64,000 nucleotides of DNA. Source: an uncultured Rhodopirellula sp. (GTDB lineage Bacteria > Planctomycetota > Planctomycetia > Pirellulales > Pirellulaceae). Each line of letters opens with the position of its first letter. Within the stretch, counting starts at the first letter, position 1. Position numbers and translations under genes: made by a program. The notes beneath the pieces were generated by a model, which did no database searches, had not been told where the DNA came from, and saw only the letters and a list, made by a program, of their open reading frames with translations. Where the stretch lies: NCBI GenBank assembly GCA_964007735.1, contig CAXGAI010000007.1, positions 62,001-126,000 of the forward strand, in the 5' to 3' direction. This document shows positions 21,509-31,920 of the stretch, piece after piece.

Positions 21509-22510
21509 ATGGCAGGCATCGCTGAACGACTGAAAAAACGCTGGTTTCTTGTTTCTTTGATTCTCGTTTTTACGATTGGTGTCGTTTTTAATGAGCCGTT
21601 AGCCGGCGTACCGGAAATGAAGCAACTTCGATCCGGCATCGTCTTTGTCGTACTCTATTTAATGGCTTTACCATTAAGCTTAAAAGCGATTAGCTCAGGA
21701 ATTCAACGCCCCAAAGGCACAGTGCTCTCGATCATTATGAATTATGGTCTTTTGCCCATAGTGGCATATTGTGTTTCATTGGCAATCAAGGACCCGCAGG
21801 TATCCCGGGGACTTCTGGTAGCCGCTGTGACTCCTTGTACACTTGCTTCTGCATCTGTCTGGACTCGTAAGGCTGGCGGTAATGACAGTATCTCAATCCT
21901 AGTAACATTACTAACTAATTTACTCTGCTTTCTAATTGCTCCTTTGTGGTTGATGTTTTACTTTGGCTCAGGTGAGGGAATGGAGAATATATCCCTACAG
22001 GATATGGTTGTTAAGCTGGGGATGTTGGTCGTCCTGCCGATGGCTCTGGCTCAATTGACACGATTGCATAAGCCCACCGCAAACTGGTCGACGGATAATA
22101 AAAAGTATTTTAGTATGGCGGCTCAATGTGGAATCCTGTCGATGGTATTTATGGGTGCTATTAAGGTTGCCCCAGAGTTGATTGCAGCCGGTACCGACGA
22201 GGGAGTGACACTGGTATTAGTAACCGTTACGAGTGTTCTGGCTGTTCACTGCTCCGTCTTTTGGATTGGTCTTTACACGGGAAAGATTCTGAAACTGGCA
22301 CGTGAAGATTATATTGCGGTTGGCTTCGCCGGTAGTCAAAAGACACTCATGGTTGGCTTACTAATCTGTATGGAGTTAAAAGTACTTGTTATTCCAATGG
22401 TGCTATACCATGTATGCCAACTTTTTGTTGATACGATTTTTGCAGATCGGCTTACAGAAGAAACAAAGCGTTTAAGCAAGCAGGAAGGTGTTGTTGAGGC
22501 GTCCGGCTAA
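21509..22510 (+). CDS. Bile acid:sodium symporter family transporter
   Basis: About 9-10 TMs; PCTLASASVWTRKAGGN and GSQKTL motifs. Confidence 0.85.
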   Translation: MAGIAERLKKRWFLVSLILVFTIGVVFNEPLAGVPEMKQLRSGIVFVVLYLMALPLSLKAISSGIQRPKGTVLSIIMNYGLLPIVAYCVSLAIKDPQVSRGLLVAAVTPCTLASASVWTRKAGGNDSISILVTLLTNLLCFLIAPLWLMFYFGSGEGMENISLQDMVVKLGMLVVLPMALAQLTRLHKPTANWSTDNKKYFSMAAQCGILSMVFMGAIKVAPELIAAGTDEGVTLVLVTVTSVLAVHCSVFWIGLYTGKILKLAREDYIAVGFAGSQKTLMVGLLICMELKVLVIPMVLYHVCQLFVDTIFADRLTEETKRLSKQEGVVEASG

Positions 22511-22519
22511 ATCCAATCC

Positions 22520-23683
22520 TTAGCGATTAAGAGCTTCGTTTAGCGTTGCTGAACGGATGACAGAGTCAGGGCGGTCCCCTAGAATAGGACCGTTTTGGTG
22601 GCGTAGGATTGTCCCCACATAAGCTCCCTCGGTTTCACCACGTAGTGTAAAACCTGTCGGATCCCAGGTGAATTCGCAATGTAGAGATTCGTAAGGGACA
22701 GCTTCTTCCTTGAGATCGCCTAGCCAGCGTAGATGCAATTTGGAGGCGAGCTGAGGTAACCAGCTTCGATGGATGGTTCCCTGCCCTCCCCTAATCGTTC
22801 CCTGCAGCCGTTTCCAATGATTACTATTACAGATGGCTTTATGAATTCTCAGTGTTGCCTGCCCTTCGATCCCCTTCTTATCAGGATGTTGCAGAATCTT
22901 GCTGAGTTCGACGTGTTTGATTTCTCCGTCTGCTGCAAAGTCGACTTCGGATGTAAACTGCCCGGGATGGTACTTGCTGATGAGCTGGCCATTAAAGGTC
23001 GCCTGTGTCCCTAGATCGATTTGTAGAGGTAATGCACCATTCAATGTCGCCAACTTAATTTCGTTACCATTGGTTTGCAATAGTAAGGTGGAGACTGTTG
23101 GGTAATGGTGCGTGCGAGTCAGCTGAAGTGCACAAGGTTGCTGTTGCTCACCCCAATTCACAGTAAGTCTGGATGACTCAACAGATAATTCTATCTGAGC
23201 CGTACTGTTGTTGAGTTCATCGACGGGCAGATCATTGAGAAGTGTTAGTCCAACTTTCACTTGGAGTTGATGCTCTTCGGAGATAGCCAAAACATGTTCA
23301 TTCCACCAGTTCATCCAGGTACTAGGATTTGTCTCAGGAATCTGGAGTGTGTGAATATTAAGATTGGTTGAGGAGGCTGAATAATCAACTTCCACATGAT
23401 TTGCCCGGCAGATCAATTGCTTGGACTCCCGATCGCTGATGCGAACATCTTTCAAGGCATACTTGCCGGGCTCCAAAAAATGAATGTGTCCAATTTCAAT
23501 ATTGCTGTTCGTTGCCTGGCTTAATTCTTCAATCCATTGCCCCCGCAGCCACAATTGCCCAAGATCCGTGTGACGTAATATCAGTGTGCCTCCAATTAGA
23601 ATGGAGGGTAAAAGAATGCCGACTGCAAAAAGCAGACGATTGATAATACGTTGACGTTTGTGCTTCATTGGATCTAGCTTCAC
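22520..23683 (-). CDS. Hypothetical protein with N-terminal TM and beta-rich body (possibly AsmA-like)
   Basis: 387-aa ORF filling the gap; basic N-terminus plus a single TM; family call is weak. Confidence 0.6.
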   Translation of the reverse strand: MKLDPMKHKRQRIINRLLFAVGILLPSILIGGTLILRHTDLGQLWLRGQWIEELSQATNSNIEIGHIHFLEPGKYALKDVRISDRESKQLICRANHVEVDYSASSTNLNIHTLQIPETNPSTWMNWWNEHVLAISEEHQLQVKVGLTLLNDLPVDELNNSTAQIELSVESSRLTVNWGEQQQPCALQLTRTHHYPTVSTLLLQTNGNEIKLATLNGALPLQIDLGTQATFNGQLISKYHPGQFTSEVDFAADGEIKHVELSKILQHPDKKGIEGQATLRIHKAICNSNHWKRLQGTIRGGQGTIHRSWLPQLASKLHLRWLGDLKEEAVPYESLHCEFTWDPTGFTLRGETEGAYVGTILRHQNGPILGDRPDSVIRSATLNEALNR

Positions 23684-23777
23684 AGCTTACAGGTACGGCG
23701 TGTAGCTTTTAAGTAAGATGCCAAAGAATAGCAAAAATCACATCCGCGAAGCAAGAAGAACAAATTTAGTCTGAGAT

Positions 23778-26700
23778 TTAATTCTTATCGTCAGACTCAC
23801 TGGTTTCATCTAATGACTCGAGGGTCAGTTCCTCTACCGTTGTTTCTGCTGCGGCGACATATTTTCCAATACCTGTAATCCCAGCTTTGTAGCGAATCCA
23901 TGCGAGTCCCAAAAAGCACCAGTTGATGGTTACGACAAGTACTACCGAGACAATAGCGCGACCAGCATTCTCTCCCGCCCCGTACGAGTGCAACCCAACG
24001 GAACCTGTGTCCGAAAGCAGGGGTAAGCCGAAATTGACACCAACCCAACTCATCATAATCATCGAGAATCCGGCGATGGTACCGGCCACCATTCCAAAGT
24101 TATTTAGCCAGCCGGCAAATCGGGCGTGTAAAAATGCCAGATAAATTAAAAGCGAGATCAAAGCCCAGACTTCTTTCGGATCCCAGCCCCAGAATCGTCC
24201 CCAGGATACGTCTGCCCAAAGTCCGCCAAGAATTGTTCCGATAGCGAGTAAGAGCACGGCAACCTGAATAGAGCGGTAACAGTATTGAGCTAGCGAAGCA
24301 CACTGCTCCGGTGGGCGGAAAGCACCATTCCCGACATTTCCAGCCGGAGGTCGATATTTACCAAAGATGTAAAATCCCAAAGCGATGTTACCAAGGCCAA
24401 GTGCAAGTCCGCCGGCACCGTAACTGGCAACAATGGTTAGCACATGGATTGTTAGCCAGAAGTTCGAACGTAACACCGGTTGTAGAGGTGAAAAGTTTTC
24501 ACTCACAATTTGTGCATCTGCCGGTAAGCTGTTACTGAGCAGCAGTACGAGTCCACCAATTCCAGTCATGAAAGTTCCGCCAATGCCAAAGAATCGACGT
24601 TTGTGCATTTCGTCAAATACTTTTCTTGAACTAGTCTCGTCCCCTTTGCGACGGAAATAATCCTGTAGAATCAGTGCTGGGCTCGAGACCGTGGCCAGAA
24701 TGAAACGGGGGAGCAACCACAAAGTCAGGAGCATGCAAATCATGCCGACAACCCACACTCCGATCCGGTTCAAACTAGTCCAATCGGACGGCCAAAGTTC
24801 CATATAAGGTCGTCCACCATCTCCGTAAGGGACTTGAGTTAGGAAATGAAAGAGTGCAAAGATTAACACGACGCGAAGCACCGTCGACAGATAGCCAGCG
24901 AGGTTCCATGTCTGTGGCTTAAAACGACTTACTTGTTGTTCCGTAAGATCTCGGGCTTCATTGAAAAAGGGGATGTTCTTTAGGAAAGGAGCTGCGTTGA
25001 GTCGCCATGAATCTTTGATGCCAGTGACTGTGATTGGTGTTAAAAGGAACCAGGCAGCTAGTACGGAAACGATGAACGGAACGAAAATAATGGTTTCGTA
25101 CATGTTCGTGACAGGAGCCCATCCGGTGATTGTTACCCGCAGGTAGAAACCATAAATGGTCCATGACAGTCCAACCATCAGTGTTAAGACGCCCAGATAA
25201 AAAAAGATACGTTTGACCTTTTCTGCCCCAAAAGACAAAGAGAAACCAATCAGAGCAAGAAAACTGAATATCGCGGTGTATTGGAATGGCTTGCTGTCGT
25301 TGTATTTGATCTCCGACAGAATTTGACTAAATGCTTTGTCTTCCGGATAGGCAGTATATCGCATCACGTCTTCATCACGATTTGTAGAACTCAATGTTTG
25401 AGAGATTGCCGTATCTCGTGCTTCCGTGGCTTGAGGCCCAAGTGTTTGTAATGCTTGCAGAAAATCAGTTTCTGCTTTCTCAAATGCTATATTGTCACGC
25501 GAAACATAAGCGGTAGTGACCGCTTCCCAACTGGCTCGTACTTGCTTGATACTGCTTTCATCCATTTTAGCCAGCAGGCCGTTCTTGAGTTGATCGGCAG
25601 ATGGCAAGGTGTCGTGCAGAACGGCCTGAAGACTGATCCACGGCTGAGTATTACTCCCTTCGTCACGATTTTTAGCCAGCGTGTATGGATTTGTTGAAGG
25701 AACAATTAACATCGTTTGGCGATTAGCATAAACAGCTTCCTGAACTTGAAGAGCCAGTAGGTGGAATTCATGCGCTTTGTGTTCCATTTCCCGAAAGAGT
25801 GATTGGAATTCTTTTAACTGGTCTGGAGATAATCCAGCAGGAGAATCAGAAAACCCTCGACCGGTGTTGGCAAAGTTAGTTTCAAGTTGTTGCGTGTAAT
25901 AACTAAAAGCGCGTGCATCTTCGGCGATCGCTTCAACTGTCATGCGTTCCGGCGAAGTAGCAGCTTGAATGTCTTCTCGATCCGGAAGAGGAAAGCCTAG
26001 TATTTTGGCTGACCGGAATTGCATAAGCTGAGAATAGATTAATGTCTGTTCGATACTCTGCGCTAGCAATTGACCCGGGGAAGGCTGTCCGGTATCCGAA
26101 GGTGGTTGACCTCTAAAAAGCTCAGCCAACCTGCTGAGACGATCGAAAAGAACTTCCTGTTCGTCATTAGATTCATTTAGTTGGTCTACGATCTTACGCA
26201 CGACGGTACAAAAGGCCTTGCGGTCGCCGATGTCGGCGATCTGGATATTGCCAGTGAGCGGTGAGTCCGCCTGCAATGATACACCCCGAAACGTATCGAG
26301 TCGCCCAAGCACTTTTTCAAGGTCTTTAAATTCAGATGAATTCGAATTCTCGCTATTAGCGAGCCATGCTTGCAGTGAAGTAGAGTTTTTAAGCTCAGCC
26401 GGTGAGACATATTTGTAGGTTAAACCTTCAACCGGTACCCCGATGATTTCTCTCATATCCTTGTGCGGAGCATAGATGAACGGAACGTGCTCCCAACGCT
26501 CCGGCTCTGTCATCCAGCTAAGGACAATCTCTGTGGCCGACCACTTTATTTCCGGTTCCGGAAACAGATCAGCCACTCCCTGTAGTTCCTCAGTTTGGTA
26601 TCCTGCAGGGAAATATAACTCTACATCGAGCGTTACTTTTCCTTGAGTTGTATTGCAAATTTGCTCAAGCATTTCCTTAGCATAGGAATCAAAGGGCTTG

Positions 26701-26894
26701 ATACGTCCCTTGTGAAAGACGGGGACGCTTCGAAGCTCATCAATAGTAATCTCTTCTGCGGATGTGTTCTGCACGCTTAAAGTGATTGTCAGAAGAATAC
26801 AGGAGAGGAGCGAAAGTAGTTTTCTGAATCGCATAGAACTTACTTTGGAGTGATAAATGAGGCGGGAATGGATCGAATTACTCATGGTCATCAT
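23778..26894 (-). CDS. ccsA: Cytochrome c biogenesis protein CcsA/ResC (System II), enlarged
   Basis: GRIKPFDSYA, APVTNMYET, LQPVLRSNFWLTIHV, WWD domain WADVSWGRFWGWDPKEVW, LHAR and GLHSYG. Confidence 0.93.
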   Translation of the reverse strand: MMTMSNSIHSRLIYHSKVSSMRFRKLLSLLSCILLTITLSVQNTSAEEITIDELRSVPVFHKGRIKPFDSYAKEMLEQICNTTQGKVTLDVELYFPAGYQTEELQGVADLFPEPEIKWSATEIVLSWMTEPERWEHVPFIYAPHKDMREIIGVPVEGLTYKYVSPAELKNSTSLQAWLANSENSNSSEFKDLEKVLGRLDTFRGVSLQADSPLTGNIQIADIGDRKAFCTVVRKIVDQLNESNDEQEVLFDRLSRLAELFRGQPPSDTGQPSPGQLLAQSIEQTLIYSQLMQFRSAKILGFPLPDREDIQAATSPERMTVEAIAEDARAFSYYTQQLETNFANTGRGFSDSPAGLSPDQLKEFQSLFREMEHKAHEFHLLALQVQEAVYANRQTMLIVPSTNPYTLAKNRDEGSNTQPWISLQAVLHDTLPSADQLKNGLLAKMDESSIKQVRASWEAVTTAYVSRDNIAFEKAETDFLQALQTLGPQATEARDTAISQTLSSTNRDEDVMRYTAYPEDKAFSQILSEIKYNDSKPFQYTAIFSFLALIGFSLSFGAEKVKRIFFYLGVLTLMVGLSWTIYGFYLRVTITGWAPVTNMYETIIFVPFIVSVLAAWFLLTPITVTGIKDSWRLNAAPFLKNIPFFNEARDLTEQQVSRFKPQTWNLAGYLSTVLRVVLIFALFHFLTQVPYGDGGRPYMELWPSDWTSLNRIGVWVVGMICMLLTLWLLPRFILATVSSPALILQDYFRRKGDETSSRKVFDEMHKRRFFGIGGTFMTGIGGLVLLLSNSLPADAQIVSENFSPLQPVLRSNFWLTIHVLTIVASYGAGGLALGLGNIALGFYIFGKYRPPAGNVGNGAFRPPEQCASLAQYCYRSIQVAVLLLAIGTILGGLWADVSWGRFWGWDPKEVWALISLLIYLAFLHARFAGWLNNFGMVAGTIAGFSMIMMSWVGVNFGLPLLSDTGSVGLHSYGAGENAGRAIVSVVLVVTINWCFLGLAWIRYKAGITGIGKYVAAAETTVEELTLESLDETSESDDKN

Positions 26895-29800
26895 TCTCTA
26901 CGGAAATTGATTCTGGAGTGAGGGAGGCTTTTTTCTTGCGAGCCTTGAAGAAGTAGGCCTTCATATAGAACATGATAGCGATACCAAGACAGACAATTAA
27001 GCAACCAAAGTTTCGGATTGCGCGCCCAGGGTCTCGATTGACAGTAAGGACAGAAAGATAAAGGTCTTCTTGTTGAGATTCCGATGGGATCACTCGCTCA
27101 TATTCAGGGTCCCCGGGTTTCCACGGGCCGCTAAAGCTTTCCTGAAACAGACGGTAGCCGTGCCCATTAGTCGGACTGTCAAATTCAACCGGAGCGTTCA
27201 TCGTGATGTAAATGTCGTGTTGATAGGAGGCAGACTGGTTCCAGTAATAGTTGCCATCGTGAACCTGTAAACCGTCTGCCAGATCGAGACCTTCCGCTGG
27301 AATTTCTGTGATGTCGCCACCCGTAGCATTACATGATATGAGATGGTGCGTGCGATGCACGGTGCCCGTATGGTGTCCGATGTATCCCTGTCTTGGTTTT
27401 TCAGCCGTAATGTAGGTGAGTCGACTGGAGTTTGAGTCGTAGGTAATTGCTGTGGCAAAGGTATCTACGTCCAGCGTAATGATACTACGTGAGTTGGCTT
27501 TAGTTGCTGAGGAGGCCGGAATTGTTGACTGCATAATGCGTCCACGAGTGGTACTGCCGACTGCATTGGGATCACGCTCTGCCCAAAACAGAAGTGAGTT
27601 TCGAGCATCGATGGCAAGTGAGGTTGGACGCTTGAGTCCTTCGATGAGGCCAATTTCCATCTCGCGACCTTCGAAGTTGGCACGGCTGATTTGACCGGCA
27701 GAGGCATTTAGCCAATAGAGCTTGGAGCGGGAAGGGTCAGCAACAATTTGCACGACGTCGCCAGGAGAGTGGACAATCCTTGTCGCCGAATTCCCGTTTG
27801 TTTGAACACTCTGGATTACGGAGGTACCGCCGGTTTGGTCGATCCAGAATAGTCTTCCACCTTCCAAGATCAGCCCCCGCGGTTTGTTGAGAAAAGCGTT
27901 GGTTGCGTCCGCTCCGGTTAACGCTCGTAATTTATCATTGGTCACAAGCGTCGTGGTTTTCTTGGTTTCCAGATTGGTAACGTTGAGTGTGCGTTGATTA
28001 CCGTCGAGCCAGTACACTTCCTTTCCACTAATGGCAAAACCACTTACAGAGTTATGCGGCATGTTCGGAACGGCATCCTCTGGGGTCGCTCTGACAGGAA
28101 TCCCAATGCTTGTAGCCTTCGCGTCTGATTCGCTAAGTGTCCAGATTTCTTTCGTGTTTTTCAGATCGACGAAGTCAACCCAGCTGGAGTAATGAGACGC
28201 CTGACTTGTGCCCGGATCGAGTTTTCGTTCAAAGTCCTTCAGGCGAATACGGAAGCCAATGTCAAAAGCTTCTGTCGGCATGGTCAAGACCAAGGAATTC
28301 CCTGCTTCTGAGTCATGGATGCGAATCTGCTGATCTGCCTGCTGGCGTTCACCAGGGGCTCCAACGAATGCCCGAATCCAGTGCTCTCCTTCAAGATCGC
28401 CCCATTTTACTTTTACTTTGGCTCGAACTTCTCGCTGGACAATTTGAAGGTCGCGATTAAAAGGCAAGGCTGTTGCTGCGATAACCGGTTTGTCGGAACT
28501 GGTGAAATTTGAGACGTAAAATTTAAGTGGGTTTTCGAATTGGGGCATTTGAAATCCGGAGACAGCGGTATCAGGAGAACCGCTCGTTTCTACCAGTAGC
28601 GGGAACGTTAACTCATTGGTGCGACGATTCCAGTAACGATAGTAAAGCTTCTTGTCGATACTCTGAAGAAATTCAATTCGTGAATAAACCTCTTCCTGAT
28701 TGGCATTGGGGCCAAACAGCTGGATTTCTTTGCTAGAAAAATCAAACCAGTAGGTTCCATAGATTTTGTTTTCATAATCGTATACGTTGTGATGTGGTTT
28801 GTTAGCGAATAGCAGCACGTCCCGGCCGTGGACCTTACCTGCTTTGTCGAACGCTTGGAGATGAACTGTCGGGACAACCGGCTCGTCTGCAATCTTTTCG
28901 GAGAAACCGTAGACAGTCCCTTCTGCTTCAGGTCCAAGTTCGGAGACGTCGTTCCACAGGCCACTTAGCTGTAGCGTGTAATCGGTGTTGTTTAATTCAA
29001 TCGTGTCGCCGATCTGATATTTGTTTAGATCGATATGATGAATTTGACCATCGAGACTGATGACGACCTGTCCGGCTGTTCCAAGTTCACCCTGCGGAGC
29101 GGCTTCTAAAAAGGCCCTTTGATAGATCTCATCGGGTGCGATCCAAAGCATAACTTTTCCGCCCCCAGCCTGCATCGGCTGGCTAAAGCCATAAGGATAG
29201 ATGTCTTCATAAAGCTCGGCAATTGAATCAGGTAAAGGTTGGATCGTGACTGAAAAAGCGTTCGCGGGCCCCGGGGGGAATTCGCCTGGGCGCTCAGCTT
29301 CTCGTCCGCTTTCCTCATCCAGGTATTTTTCCGGCAGTCCACCGACAACCATTTCGACTCGTGGTTCTGAGGATAGTTGTGAGTTTGCCATAAACTCCAG
29401 CAGCTCAATTCTTAATGATTTCCCGGTGCCCGGGATTTCTGAGTCGATCAGGACTTCACCAGGGCTTGCTCGATTCGCGAGCTTGAAGATATGTCCGCTT
29501 GTCCACCTAAGGCCGTTCTTCATGAAAGCCTCTACTGGATTGTCATAACTAACACCTTCTTTGAGTCTGTAATCAAATTGAGAATCATAGTCTCCCCAAT
29601 TAAATGGCCCCGCGGGAAAGGGTATACGTTTGAGAGTCTGAGTGAATTCGTTATGGTTATGAGCTAAGTTTTCATCGTGATCTTCTTCGATACTGACATC
29701 GAAGAATAGGTTTGTGCGATCGAACGCATAGCGTTCCATCCGACTTTCAAATACAGGAATTTGAGCGTCGATACCGTAATGTCTTCCGATGGCCGCTCCG

Positions 29801-30120
29801 ATTAACAATGTCAACAAACCAATGTGAGTGATGACGAACCCGGTTTGATGTCGTTGCCACGGATATCGAATCGCCGCTGCACAAAAGATATTCACTCCCA
29901 ACAAAACATTAAGGCCGTTAAACCACCATGTTTGGTAGACAAAGTACTGAACAACGGGAGTGCCATAAGCTGCTTCAACAAAGGTGGCATAGCCTAAAGT
30001 AAAAGCCATCGCGAAAATGAGAATAACAGCCAGCTTTAATGAGGCACACAATTCGTAAGCCCACAAGATAGCCCGAAGAGCACGAGGTTGATCAGGAGAA
30101 ACGAGCTTAGGCTGAGCCAT
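26878..30120 (-). CDS. resB: ResB/CcsB-like cytochrome c biogenesis protein with a beta-propeller insertion
   Basis: ASLKLAVILI..ATFVE..VYQTWWF..GFVITHIGLL N-terminus; HYSS, ITMNAP, YRLFQES and VNRDPG motifs plus C-terminal TM; adjacent to ccsA. Confidence 0.85.
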   Translation of the reverse strand: MAQPKLVSPDQPRALRAILWAYELCASLKLAVILIFAMAFTLGYATFVEAAYGTPVVQYFVYQTWWFNGLNVLLGVNIFCAAAIRYPWQRHQTGFVITHIGLLTLLIGAAIGRHYGIDAQIPVFESRMERYAFDRTNLFFDVSIEEDHDENLAHNHNEFTQTLKRIPFPAGPFNWGDYDSQFDYRLKEGVSYDNPVEAFMKNGLRWTSGHIFKLANRASPGEVLIDSEIPGTGKSLRIELLEFMANSQLSSEPRVEMVVGGLPEKYLDEESGREAERPGEFPPGPANAFSVTIQPLPDSIAELYEDIYPYGFSQPMQAGGGKVMLWIAPDEIYQRAFLEAAPQGELGTAGQVVISLDGQIHHIDLNKYQIGDTIELNNTDYTLQLSGLWNDVSELGPEAEGTVYGFSEKIADEPVVPTVHLQAFDKAGKVHGRDVLLFANKPHHNVYDYENKIYGTYWFDFSSKEIQLFGPNANQEEVYSRIEFLQSIDKKLYYRYWNRRTNELTFPLLVETSGSPDTAVSGFQMPQFENPLKFYVSNFTSSDKPVIAATALPFNRDLQIVQREVRAKVKVKWGDLEGEHWIRAFVGAPGERQQADQQIRIHDSEAGNSLVLTMPTEAFDIGFRIRLKDFERKLDPGTSQASHYSSWVDFVDLKNTKEIWTLSESDAKATSIGIPVRATPEDAVPNMPHNSVSGFAISGKEVYWLDGNQRTLNVTNLETKKTTTLVTNDKLRALTGADATNAFLNKPRGLILEGGRLFWIDQTGGTSVIQSVQTNGNSATRIVHSPGDVVQIVADPSRSKLYWLNASAGQISRANFEGREMEIGLIEGLKRPTSLAIDARNSLLFWAERDPNAVGSTTRGRIMQSTIPASSATKANSRSIITLDVDTFATAITYDSNSSRLTYITAEKPRQGYIGHHTGTVHRTHHLISCNATGGDITEIPAEGLDLADGLQVHDGNYYWNQSASYQHDIYITMNAPVEFDSPTNGHGYRLFQESFSGPWKPGDPEYERVIPSESQQEDLYLSVLTVNRDPGRAIRNFGCLIVCLGIAIMFYMKAYFFKARKKKASLTPESISVENDDHE

Positions 30121-30459
30121 TGGTAACTTGACTGGTAGGAGGGATTGCGGCGGAGTCCACGCTTGTATCGAGCGTGTTTTGTGGCTTTAAGTGAGTGTAT
30201 GACTTTGTTGACTTATGTCGGTAAACCCACTGGAATACATTATAACGGCAGGGGTTAGAGCGGGTAGGTACAACTGTGGTGAAGCCATTAAAAAATGACA
30301 TCCCAAAGAGTAGGGATTAGGGTGCATTAGAGGCCCCATGTTGAAGCTAGGAATCATGGTGTGGTGGACAGGAGAAGAGAACTATCGCGGACCGCAAATG
30401 TTGAATTTTAGGGTGAAATAGTGCTAGTCCACTGCTTAAGATCCGGACGAAATAACGGC

Positions 30460-31920
30460 TTATTTGCGTTTTCCGCGATCTAGAATCCAACCAACGATGA
30501 TCACAATAAAGAACACGCCAAAGGCAACGCTAGGCCATAGCCAAGGCTGCGTCGCGAACGTTTGACCACTCTTGAATTTTGTGAAAAACCCGACGACTGC
30601 GCCGGAAACGCTGCCAGGAGTTTCGGCATGGTGGCTCCAGATATTCCGAACCACGTCAACCATCAAAAAAACGATCGCAAGCTGGACAATGAAAATCATG
30701 AACAAACTTACGACGTTGTAGAATCCGTAGGAGCTCTCTTCCAGTTGAGGCCCGGCGACTGTGGCGGCTGCCAGCATATCACCTTCCATGACTGGCTCGC
30801 CGGCTGCTTCTTCAAATCCCTGAGGCGTACCCATGGGGGCACCAAATGGATCGGCACCGGGGGCTGAAGCAAACGGATCCGTTACTGCCGGAGTACCAAA
30901 TGGATCCCCTGCTGGCTGAGGGGCAAACGGGTCAGCAGCTGGTTGCTGAGCAAAAGGATCTACACCACCATCGGGAGCGACCATGGTAGCAGCATCGTCT
31001 CCAAAAGCGGCTGAATCTGAAATTGCGATCACTTGAGAGCCACTGTCAGACATGTCGTTGTCAGGAGTCCCGCCAAGCATGAACTCTTCGTCGGCTTGAA
31101 CATCACCGGCGTCTGGTAGTTCCAGAGAAACAGAACTGTCACCAGCCAGATCAATGGCACCTTCGAGGGAGATACCGCTGTCTTGCGGCCTCCCAATGTT
31201 TACACCACTATCAGATGCCAGGCTGTTGCCGCTATTCTCGGATCCAGAGTTTAAAAGCGAATCATCCCCACCGAGAACTAAGTCATCTTCACCAACTCTA
31301 AAGTCAGCGCTGTCTCCGATGGCAAATTGTGTGTCATCTTCGGTACCACCTCCGAGGTCGATGCTGAGCTCGTCCTCTGCATTTACATCCAAGGCGTCCT
31401 CGCCAACAGCAAAGTGCGTTTGGTCGTCGGCGTCGATCTCTCCCTGATCATCCAGATCGAGTGAAAATTCGTCCTTTTCGTCAAAATTGAAGTCGCCGCC
31501 TACGGCGAATTGTGTCTTGTCATCCTGATCGACATCCCCATCACCCAAGTCGAGTGAAAGTTCGTCACTGTCGTCCAATTCGAGCTCCAGAGAATCAGAC
31601 AGTTTGAGGTCGCTATCGTGAGCACTTGCACCGCCTTCAGCTCCGATAATAGGTCCACTTCCATCAGTATTCGCTGAATTTGGACCTTCCTCTACAAGCA
31701 CGGAATCAGCATCGTCGGCGAGATTATAGTCGTTGCCATCTTTACCACTACCCAGAACGATGCCATTCAGGTCCGCAAACCGTTTAATTTCTTCCTGGCT
31801 AAAGACATAGCTGCCCTCAGCTTTGGTCCCATGAATATCACCAGTACCAGCTAACTCTTCCAGACGTTGAGGGTCAAGGCCGAGCAATTCAGCAGCTTGG
31901 TTTAGGTTTAGATCTGCCAT
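30460..31920 (-). CDS. Membrane protein with N-terminal MerR/Xis-like HTH and a long acidic disordered region
   Basis: LNLNQAAELLGLDPQRLEEL HTH-like start; D/E/G-rich low-complexity middle; two C-terminal TMs. Confidence 0.75.
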   Translation of the reverse strand: MADLNLNQAAELLGLDPQRLEELAGTGDIHGTKAEGSYVFSQEEIKRFADLNGIVLGSGKDGNDYNLADDADSVLVEEGPNSANTDGSGPIIGAEGGASAHDSDLKLSDSLELELDDSDELSLDLGDGDVDQDDKTQFAVGGDFNFDEKDEFSLDLDDQGEIDADDQTHFAVGEDALDVNAEDELSIDLGGGTEDDTQFAIGDSADFRVGEDDLVLGGDDSLLNSGSENSGNSLASDSGVNIGRPQDSGISLEGAIDLAGDSSVSLELPDAGDVQADEEFMLGGTPDNDMSDSGSQVIAISDSAAFGDDAATMVAPDGGVDPFAQQPAADPFAPQPAGDPFGTPAVTDPFASAPGADPFGAPMGTPQGFEEAAGEPVMEGDMLAAATVAGPQLEESSYGFYNVVSLFMIFIVQLAIVFLMVDVVRNIWSHHAETPGSVSGAVVGFFTKFKSGQTFATQPWLWPSVAFGVFFIVIIVGWILDRGKRK

